Below are positions 46,054 to 53,316 of a stretch of 53,316 bases of DNA, piece by piece. The stretch covers positions 1 through 53,316 of the forward strand of contig JBBSYC010000010.1 in assembly GCA_038045445.1 (NCBI GenBank), read 5' to 3'. Each line of letters starts with the position of its first letter. The first letter of the stretch is position 1. The notes beneath the pieces were generated by a model. It was given only the letters and a program-made list of their open reading frames with translations, did not search any database and was not told the DNA's origin. Origin of the DNA: Nanobdellota archaeon (GTDB taxonomy: Archaea; Nanobdellota; Nanobdellia; Pacearchaeales; GW2011-AR1). A program made the translations under genes and the position numbers.

Positions 46054-47226
46054 ATGCAAGATTTAGAAACTATAAATGTCATAATAGCAGGCCATATAGA
46101 CCATGGTAAAACAACATTATTATACAAATTAAGTGGAAAATGGACAGATACACATTCAGAAGAATTAAAGAGGGGAATAACAATAAAGCTAGGTTATGCA
46201 GACATAACAATCTCAAAAGATAAAGATTACAATATAAAAAATGAAGGCAAACCCGTAAGGTATATAACTTTCATAGATTCTCCGGGTCACGAAATGCTCA
46301 TGGCAACAATGCTTTCAGGAGCAGCGATAGTTGATGTTGCAATTTTAGTGGTCGCTGCAAATGAGGGAATAAAACCTCAAACAAGAGAGCATCTAATGGC
46401 TCTTCAAGCAAAAAATATAAAAAATGTAATCATAGTCCAAAACAAAATTGATTTAGTCAGTAAGGAAAAAGCAATAGAAAACTATAATATCATAAAAAAA
46501 GAATTCAAAGGAACAATAGCAGAAAACTCTCCAATAATCCCCGTCTCATCACAACAAGAGATAAATTTAGAAAGAATATATGAAGCACTCTGTAAAGTTG
46601 AGACCCCAAAAAGAGATGTGGACTCAACACCTCTGTTTTTAGTAGCAAGAAGTTTTGACATAAACAAGCCAGGAACCAAACCTAAAAATCTTCACGGTGC
46701 AATCATAGGAGGTACATTAAGGTCAGGAAAACTAAAGATTGGAGATTTAATAGAGATAAAACCTGGAATAATGACTAAGGAAGCAAATCAGATAAAATAC
46801 AAAACCTTAAAGACAAAAATAGCTTCTCTGTTCAAGGGTTCAAATAAAGTAGATGAAATAACTCCTGGAGGAAACGCGTCAATAGAAACTGAACTTGATA
46901 TGTCTATAGGAAAAGCAGATAATATTTCAGGTTGCGTGGCTTCAATTCAAGGAACATTGCCAGAGATAACAAATAAAATAACAATAAAACACCATTTATT
47001 CAAGGAGTATGTAGGGGGACTTCAAATAACTCCTATAAAGCCAGGAGAAACATTGATGTTATCAATAAACACATCAGTAACTGTTGGAACAATATCTAAA
47101 CTATCAAAAGAAGAAGCTGAAATCTCATTAAAAATCCCAATAGTCCCATTTAAAGAAGATAAAGTAGGCATTGCAAGAAATGTAAATAACCACTGGCGCC
47201 TCATAGGTTATGGGGAAATTAAGTAA
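46054..47226 (+). CDS. eif2g: Translation initiation factor aIF2 gamma subunit
   Basis: GHIDHGKTT, HSEELKRGITIKLGY, DSPGHE, QNKID, RSFDINKPG, WRLIGYG. Confidence 0.97.
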   Translation: MQDLETINVIIAGHIDHGKTTLLYKLSGKWTDTHSEELKRGITIKLGYADITISKDKDYNIKNEGKPVRYITFIDSPGHEMLMATMLSGAAIVDVAILVVAANEGIKPQTREHLMALQAKNIKNVIIVQNKIDLVSKEKAIENYNIIKKEFKGTIAENSPIIPVSSQQEINLERIYEALCKVETPKRDVDSTPLFLVARSFDINKPGTKPKNLHGAIIGGTLRSGKLKIGDLIEIKPGIMTKEANQIKYKTLKTKIASLFKGSNKVDEITPGGNASIETELDMSIGKADNISGCVASIQGTLPEITNKITIKHHLFKEYVGGLQITPIKPGETLMLSINTSVTVGTISKLSKEEAEISLKIPIVPFKEDKVGIARNVNNHWRLIGYGEIK

Positions 47227-47323
47227 TCTTTTCTAAATCTCCCAATCACCCCCCCTCTTATAAGTAAATCCTAAATGATAATTTAAGCCCAAACAATATA
47301 AATCCACATATTTCTAAGTTAAC

Positions 47324-50128
47324 ATGAGTTATATAGAAAAAGTAACAGGTCCATGTGTAATTCTCGCAGGAGCAGGCACTGGCAAAACAAGAAGCATAAT
47401 AGAAAAATTAAAGCACTTAATAAACAATAAAACATATCCAATAGAAAGAGTAGTATGCCTAACGTTTTCAAACGAAGCAGTCAACACATTAATACAAAGA
47501 ATCCTACCTTTTTTGAAAGAAAAAGAACCTATAATAAAGACGTTTCATTCTTTTTGTGCAGAACTATTAAGAAATCATGGAATGAAGATAGGCATAAATC
47601 CAAAGTTCAAAATAATTCTTCCAGATGATGGAAAAATATTATTGCACAAATATTTCAAAATAAATCCTTATCTATGCAACAAGTACATAGAAGAGATAGG
47701 AACAAAAAAGGACTTAGGAACAAGTCTAGAAAATTATAGCTCAAATAAAAAGACATCTGAAGAACTTGAATTTATAGCAAAAAGATTAGAAGACTTAAAT
47801 TTTAAAATTAACACGGCACATTTAGTAAAAATACCAAGAACCGAATTAGATAAACTAAAAGAAGAAAAAGGTAAACTCGAGTTAGAACTAAACAAAGGGA
47901 AATTCTATCAGGCATGGAACTCTTATGAAAAAATAAAGTCTACTAAAAATGGACTAGATTACAATGACCTTCATCATAAAGCTCTAGAACTGTTAAACAA
48001 GCATCCAGAAATAGCAAATGACTTTGATTATATAATCGTAGATGAATTTCAAGATACAAACAAGATGCAATGTCTTCTTCTTGATAAAATAGCAAAAAAA
48101 AGAAATATTACCGTAGTTGGTGACTTGAACCAATCAATTTATGGGTTTAGAGGAGCATATGACCAAAATTTCAGTTACTTTAAGGAGATAATGAATGTTA
48201 AAGAAACAGATATATATGCATTGGATAAATCATACAGGTCAACAAATAAAATATTAAGTATCTCCCATGACTTAATAAAAAACAACTATTCTGTGAAAGA
48301 AGATTGTTTTGAAGTAAGGAATGCATATAACGAAACAGGAGAAAACATAAAGGTTTATGAATTAAAAAACAGCAAAGAAGAAATAAGAAAAATAACTGAG
48401 TTGATAAAAGAAGAATTGACAAGAGGCACGTCATTAAAAGAAATATGCGTTATTTTTAGAACCCATCAACAGTCTAATCCTCTCAAAAAACATCTTGAAT
48501 ATGAAAACATTCCATACACAAGCGTGAACAAAGAGTCGCTTCTAAAAATTCCATTAATAAAATATGTAAGAGCCTACTTAACTATAGTAGACAAAATACT
48601 AAATAAATCTAAAGGGGGAGATAGTTCTTGGTGGGAATTAGTTCAAAATTCTGCAATGAAAAAAGAAGATAAGATAACCCTGACTCAAAAAATACGCTCT
48701 CTAAAGGATGAAGAATGCCTTAGTGTAAAACTAGTCAATGAAGAAATAAACGAATTATCAAAAGAGGGAGAGACAATATTTGAATCAATTAAAGAAAATA
48801 TATTAAGTCTGTCTAAAGAAGCCAAACCAAATATAAAAGAATTAACTAAAAAGATATACGAATGCTTAGCTTCCGATACAGAAAATGAAAAGAACAACAG
48901 AGAAATAGTGGCACTAGAAAGATTTTACGAGTTTGTATCTGACTTTAGTGAAACTGATTCGGAGAATTTAACAGATTTAATTTATCATTTATATACAATA
49001 GATACATTACAAATAACTCTTGAAGCCCCATCATTGAATAAAGAAGGAATCAGGATAATGACAAATCACGCAACAAAGGGTCTTGAATATGAATCTGTAA
49101 TAATCTCAAGCATGGTGCAGAAAAAGTTCCCAATGGAGAAGCATAATGAAGAAGAGAGTATGGAAAAACAGATAATGGAAGAAAGGCGTCTTTGTTATGT
49201 AGGTTTCACTAGAACAAAAAAGAGGCTTTATTTAACCTATGCAAAAGAATATTCAAGTAGGTTATTTGAACCAAGCCAGTTTCTTAAAGAGATAAATTAT
49301 CAAAACAACCAATGCATAGATTTTACTAAAGATGAAATGGAAAATTATAAGGCCCCACCAGAAGAAATAACTGAAATAACTAAAGAAAATAATTTACATT
49401 TATCTTTTTCACCATCTGCACTTCAGACGTTCGACGAATGTCAAAAACGTTATGAGATGAAATATGTCTATAACATGCCAGACCCTTCCCCACAATCATG
49501 GGAAGCAATAACCTTAGGTACCTTCATACACAGAGTTTTAGATAAGGCTGTAAGTAAAATGTGCAAAACTCAAAAAGAAATAGAAGACTGTGCAAGAATT
49601 GTTCAAATGGAAGAATACAAAGACATAAACTTAGATGAAGCAATGCCTATGATAAAAATATTCTTTGAGAGAAACAAAAAAAGATATAATGAGAACTCTC
49701 TAACTGAAGAATATCTCGAAGTAAAGCTGGATAAGTTTACATTTAGAGGTTATGCAGACAGAATAGATATATCTGATAACGGAGATATAACTATAATAGA
49801 TTACAAAACTGGAAAATCTGATATAAAGCCGAGGTACAGAAACTGGCAATTGGGGATATATGCTCTAGCATCAAAACACTTTGGCAACCCAAAAAGCCTT
49901 GTTTTAGATATGTTGCAAAAAGAATATCCATTGGAGTTTGAGTTAAATAGTGAAGGAATAGCAATAGAAGTTCACAGCCCAAGAACCAGGTTCAGTTTGA
50001 AAGAAGTTGAAAGTGAAATAATTGAAACGGCAAGAAAAATATCTTTGGCAAGAAAAACAGGGTTTAAAAAATGTAATCCTGAAAAAAACTGCCAGTTTTG
50101 TAATGAGTTAGAAAACCAGCAGTTTTAA
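47324..50128 (+). CDS. UvrD/PcrA-like SF1 helicase fused to a PD-(D/E)xK nuclease (AdnAB/AddAB-like)
   Basis: AGAGTGKT, VDEFQD, GD.NQSIYGFRGA, H..KGLE, EERRL.YV..TR; C-terminal G..DRID...IDYKTG, Q..IY and a Cys cluster. Confidence 0.92.
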   Translation: MSYIEKVTGPCVILAGAGTGKTRSIIEKLKHLINNKTYPIERVVCLTFSNEAVNTLIQRILPFLKEKEPIIKTFHSFCAELLRNHGMKIGINPKFKIILPDDGKILLHKYFKINPYLCNKYIEEIGTKKDLGTSLENYSSNKKTSEELEFIAKRLEDLNFKINTAHLVKIPRTELDKLKEEKGKLELELNKGKFYQAWNSYEKIKSTKNGLDYNDLHHKALELLNKHPEIANDFDYIIVDEFQDTNKMQCLLLDKIAKKRNITVVGDLNQSIYGFRGAYDQNFSYFKEIMNVKETDIYALDKSYRSTNKILSISHDLIKNNYSVKEDCFEVRNAYNETGENIKVYELKNSKEEIRKITELIKEELTRGTSLKEICVIFRTHQQSNPLKKHLEYENIPYTSVNKESLLKIPLIKYVRAYLTIVDKILNKSKGGDSSWWELVQNSAMKKEDKITLTQKIRSLKDEECLSVKLVNEEINELSKEGETIFESIKENILSLSKEAKPNIKELTKKIYECLASDTENEKNNREIVALERFYEFVSDFSETDSENLTDLIYHLYTIDTLQITLEAPSLNKEGIRIMTNHATKGLEYESVIISSMVQKKFPMEKHNEEESMEKQIMEERRLCYVGFTRTKKRLYLTYAKEYSSRLFEPSQFLKEINYQNNQCIDFTKDEMENYKAPPEEITEITKENNLHLSFSPSALQTFDECQKRYEMKYVYNMPDPSPQSWEAITLGTFIHRVLDKAVSKMCKTQKEIEDCARIVQMEEYKDINLDEAMPMIKIFFERNKKRYNENSLTEEYLEVKLDKFTFRGYADRIDISDNGDITIIDYKTGKSDIKPRYRNWQLGIYALASKHFGNPKSLVLDMLQKEYPLEFELNSEGIAIEVHSPRTRFSLKEVESEIIETARKISLARKTGFKKCNPEKNCQFCNELENQQF

Positions 50129-50151
50129 ATGAGCAAAAAATTGAGCAAAAA

Positions 50152-50523
50152 ATGGTAACCACTAAAAGTCCAAGGTCTTGTGATGAAATTAGTGAAGAAA
50201 TCGCAAGAAAATATGATATTAAACCAGATAGAACTCTTAGATATGTATACACTACCCCTAATACCTTGGCATCTGTCAGAAGGTCCAATAGGATAATCTT
50301 GCCTTATGAAAAAGTAGTCCTTTCAAGATTTGAATATGATTCTGGAGGTAAGGCTTATGAAAGGGCATGTAAAAAAGCATTAGAGTTAGCTGAAAGTTTA
50401 ATGAAAGAACATAGAATAGTATACCCAGGAATATGTGCTTTAAGAAAAGTAAACCATCCTCCTAGAGGAGGAGTTTATTGTTTAGAAGGAATAATGATTG
50501 TGAGCACAACGCCGTTCAATTAA
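50152..50523 (+). CDS. Hypothetical protein
   Basis: Intact ORF; no family recognised. Confidence 0.5.
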   Translation: MVTTKSPRSCDEISEEIARKYDIKPDRTLRYVYTTPNTLASVRRSNRIILPYEKVVLSRFEYDSGGKAYERACKKALELAESLMKEHRIVYPGICALRKVNHPPRGGVYCLEGIMIVSTTPFN

Positions 50524-50526
50524 TAC

Positions 50527-50943
50527 TCACTTCAAATCTTCAGGAACTCTGTAATCTACCCATCTAACATTACCTTTCTCAATAGAATCCTTTACACTTT
50601 TCTCGGTTCCAGATAATTTAGATTTGCCACTCTTTACTTCTACAAAGCTAACACCAGTAACATTTTTCTCATCAAGACCATGAAAAACAATAAAATCAAC
50701 AGGCTTGCCTATAAATTTGCATTCACTTGGATTAAAAGGAAAATTGGGTAAATAAGGAGCAAGTTGTTCCGAAAAGTTTCCGGCAAGAACAGCACGAGAA
50801 CGAGCAATCGCATCAGCCCTATGAATATCAATCTGTCCTTCCCAATGTCTGTCACGTCTAAATTTAGAGATATAATGTCCAATTAAGTATCCAATAACTA
50901 GGGCAATAAGAAAGAGAACAAGGGAAGTAGTTTCAATTAACAT
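50527..50943 (-). CDS. Membrane-anchored endonuclease related to archaeal Holliday junction resolvase
   Basis: SRAVL.G...EQLAP, FIG.PVDFIVF.G, FVEVKSG. Confidence 0.88.
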   Translation of the reverse strand: MLIETTSLVLFLIALVIGYLIGHYISKFRRDRHWEGQIDIHRADAIARSRAVLAGNFSEQLAPYLPNFPFNPSECKFIGKPVDFIVFHGLDEKNVTGVSFVEVKSGKSKLSGTEKSVKDSIEKGNVRWVDYRVPEDLK

Positions 50944-50980
50944 AAATTCTCAAAACAAATGTCATTAATAAATAATCCCA

Positions 50981-52228
50981 TTAAATCCCATAACATTGCG
51001 TATAACTAAGTTCATAGGGTCCATGACCAAGATAGGAATATGTGTAAATATGGTTTCCATTAGATGAGCTATCAAAGAGAAAGTTTGATGGACCACTAAA
51101 TGGAGTTTTTAAGTAAATTCCTGTTCCAAGAGAACCAATATAAATGCTGTATCTTCCGTTAGAAACCTTCTGATATGCAACTAAATAATTTCCTTCTGGA
51201 GAGGCGGAGTTTTGTGAATTTACTCTTACCATTGTATCATAAGGACCATTAGATATTTGTAATAACCCTGTAGATATTGGCGAAGGATAAAAATAACCAT
51301 AAACAAGATTATTTTTTAATAAGATTATTAAAGATTCATAGAAATCTGATATTATTGAATTATCTAAAAGTGTAACGTTGCCTGAAATAAAGTTTCCTAC
51401 ATATGAAGAGTAATCTACCGGACCGTTAGATCTTGATCGAGAATCTAAATATTCCCTTTGATTAAAGAATATTTTATAATTTTCAATAGGATCAAAAATA
51501 AAATAAGAGTCTCCTATTGACTTTAATGAGTTATATTGACTCATCTGAAAAAAAGCAACATCTTGCGGATTACATGAACCTAAATTGTTTTGAGGAATAC
51601 TTAAATCGCAGAAACCAATTTCTGGAGGAGTTCCTATATAAGCAGATTGGTCAGGATTTATTGCAAATGAAACTTTACTTCTTTTTAAAGATAAAGAATT
51701 AATATGTTTTAATGGAAGAGTTGAATAAATTACTCTTTGATTCAACGCTTCTGTTTGACTTAAAATTCCATCCATCCCCATGTCAACAACTTTTACATCA
51801 TATGCAAAATTGCTTGAACGCTCAACCCACACTATATATCTATCGCTTATTTTTGGCATTAAATTACCATAATCTTCTTCATTTCCAAAATAAACAATAT
51901 TTGGGGAATTTATTCTTATAACTCCTCGGTCATCTCTTGTATTTGGAGTATTATCCAAACCAACATTCCAGACATATAGGACTCCCTGTTCCAAAGCAGA
52001 GGTTATATTATTAACTCTTGTAAATATTATATTTTTATCATAAATTCCAAAGGGGTATCTTTCATTTGAAATTATTGTCGGATTTAAACATCCAGGATAA
52101 GGCAATGCTCCAGAAACAGGCAGATTATTCCTTACTTTAAGACTGGACACAAAAGAAGCAATTATTAAAAGAATTGAAACAAAAAACAAAATTAAAACAA
52201 TGCACAAATTAAAAGATGATTTTCCCAT
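50981..52228 (-). CDS. Anchored extracellular protein, possibly beta-propeller-like
   Basis: N-terminal TM; PKISDRYIVW segment resembles archaeal surface propeller blades. Confidence 0.6.
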   Translation of the reverse strand: MGKSSFNLCIVLILFFVSILLIIASFVSSLKVRNNLPVSGALPYPGCLNPTIISNERYPFGIYDKNIIFTRVNNITSALEQGVLYVWNVGLDNTPNTRDDRGVIRINSPNIVYFGNEEDYGNLMPKISDRYIVWVERSSNFAYDVKVVDMGMDGILSQTEALNQRVIYSTLPLKHINSLSLKRSKVSFAINPDQSAYIGTPPEIGFCDLSIPQNNLGSCNPQDVAFFQMSQYNSLKSIGDSYFIFDPIENYKIFFNQREYLDSRSRSNGPVDYSSYVGNFISGNVTLLDNSIISDFYESLIILLKNNLVYGYFYPSPISTGLLQISNGPYDTMVRVNSQNSASPEGNYLVAYQKVSNGRYSIYIGSLGTGIYLKTPFSGPSNFLFDSSSNGNHIYTYSYLGHGPYELSYTQCYGI

Positions 52229-52269
52229 AGTAATAAATAAATTTTAGTTGAGCTATTTAAATCATTGCA

Positions 52270-52911
52270 TTAAACTGCGGCAAAAGCAGTTGCAGTTACT
52301 GTGTCTCCCAACGCTCCCGTGAATGAGTCTGATGGAACCACAACTTGAAAGTCTATTAAAAGTCTATCTTTGCTATCTTCATAACCAAATTTTGCACAAA
52401 GATTAAGTGCAGGAGTTACATTTACATTTTGATAACTGTCACTAAATTCCACCCCTCCACCAGAAGCATTGAGACATGTGCTTGCTCCAGAACCAGTGTC
52501 CAAATTAATAAGCCATTTATAACCTGGACTTGTTCCCCCAATCATCTGCGCAGCTGTTTTAGTTCCGCTTAAATTTAGAGAGACATTAACGTTTCCTATA
52601 TTTCTTATAAGAAGCCCATTACTGACAACTGTCCAATTACCATTAGTAACTGAACCAGCTCCTTCAGTCGTTTCCAAGGTAGCACTTGAAGCTCCAGCAG
52701 TTACTCTTCCAGAACCCCAATTGATACTCGAAGTAGTAAAATTAATAGCAACCACAGTCTCAACAGTCAGATTAGCCTCCCCGGTGCTTGTTGCATATCC
52801 AGATATAACGCTAAATAAATTTCTTGTAGACATATACACAAGACCGATAGAAAAAATAGAAGTTATTACTGCTATTACAGCTAGTACTCCCACTATCTTA
52901 GTACTAACCAC
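52270..52911 (-). CDS. Secreted or anchored Thr/Gly/Ser-rich surface protein
   Basis: GAGGT site plus GTG start; hydrophobic helix, then ISGYAT..G.ANLTV...INFT...INWGSG.V. Confidence 0.7.
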   Translation of the reverse strand: MVSTKIVGVLAVIAVITSIFSIGLVYMSTRNLFSVISGYATSTGEANLTVETVVAINFTTSSINWGSGRVTAGASSATLETTEGAGSVTNGNWTVVSNGLLIRNIGNVNVSLNLSGTKTAAQMIGGTSPGYKWLINLDTGSGASTCLNASGGGVEFSDSYQNVNVTPALNLCAKFGYEDSKDRLLIDFQVVVPSDSFTGALGDTVTATAFAAV

Positions 52912-53122
52912 CAGAACCTCTTTCAATATTATTAGAACCTTCAACAATTAGACCTATATTTCCAGAATTTGAAGAATAAAATTGTTTTATGCTCTTACTA
53001 TTATCTGAACTCATCTTATATATAATAAAGTTAAAGACAATAGAAACCACAGATAAAACTATAGTCAAAATCAACAATCCTATTACCAATTTTTGTATCT
53101 TAGTCACCTGCACTAACCTCAA
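52904..53122 (-). CDS. Small single-TM protein
   Basis: Hydrophobic helix; overlaps the start of the downstream gene; exact start uncertain. Confidence 0.55.
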   Translation of the reverse strand: MRLVQVTKIQKLVIGLLILTIVLSVVSIVFNFIIYKMSSDNSKSIKQFYSSNSGNIGLIVEGSNNIERGSGG

Positions 53123-53316
53123 AGGCGAAAAAGAGCCAGACTATTTAAATTATTGCCCTTTACTTTACAATGAGAACAATAGCTTAATCTTAATTATTAC
53201 AAACCAAGTTCAGATTTAATTTTTCCTAGATATTTTTCTAAATCCTTGTAATCCTTTTTTCTGAGAGTGACCTCTCTTAAGGAGGCTAATAACGTTTAGT
53301 AATAATAGCCTCCCAA

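Noticed and set aside
49400-50128. Cas4/CRISPR adaptation gene
   Set aside because: The nuclease is fused to a UvrD helicase; no cas1/cas2 or array is present.
684-53219. Numerous 60-120 aa antisense or alternate-frame ORFs (e.g. 684..1046, 3077..3337, 20033..20347, 30437..30724, 37356..37706, 43944..44267, 52989..53219)
   Set aside because: They are shadows of well-supported genes and carry no recognisable motifs.

Overview
A 53 kb AT-rich, gene-dense chromosomal segment of a small-genome archaeon, most consistent with DPANN (Pacearchaeota/Woesearchaeota-like). The archaeal call rests on eS6, aIF2-gamma, aIF5B, a C1-G72 tRNA-Tyr with a BHB intron, and mostly leaderless TATA promoters; the finer placement is inference. 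Housekeeping genes (cysS, dus, tatD, msrB, infB, rps6e, eif2g, two helicases) are mixed with three tRNAs, two LAGLIDADG inteins, toxin-antitoxin-like pairs, a probable IS481-like remnant and a ~15 kb copper/heavy-metal island (29.9-44.9 kb). Highlights: (1) a tRNA-Leu with an AAG anticodon, followed by three tandem units that each copy its 3' end and fold into the same co-varying multi-hairpin structure; (2) a two-tier regulatory circuit readable from the DNA of the copper island, with an 18-bp palindrome at exactly -53..-36 of two promoters beside two membrane-anchored wHTH proteins, and a second operator at identical positions over both ArsR starts; (3) many uncharacterised Cys/His/Met-motif proteins in that island, two ending in MVGGC; (4) an alpha/beta-hydrolase split by one in-frame TAG, an 85-nt structured tRNA-Tyr intron, an aIF2-gamma lacking its Zn knuckle, and mirror-image motifs at the two window ends. 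All product calls come from motif recognition by eye; no database searches were run.
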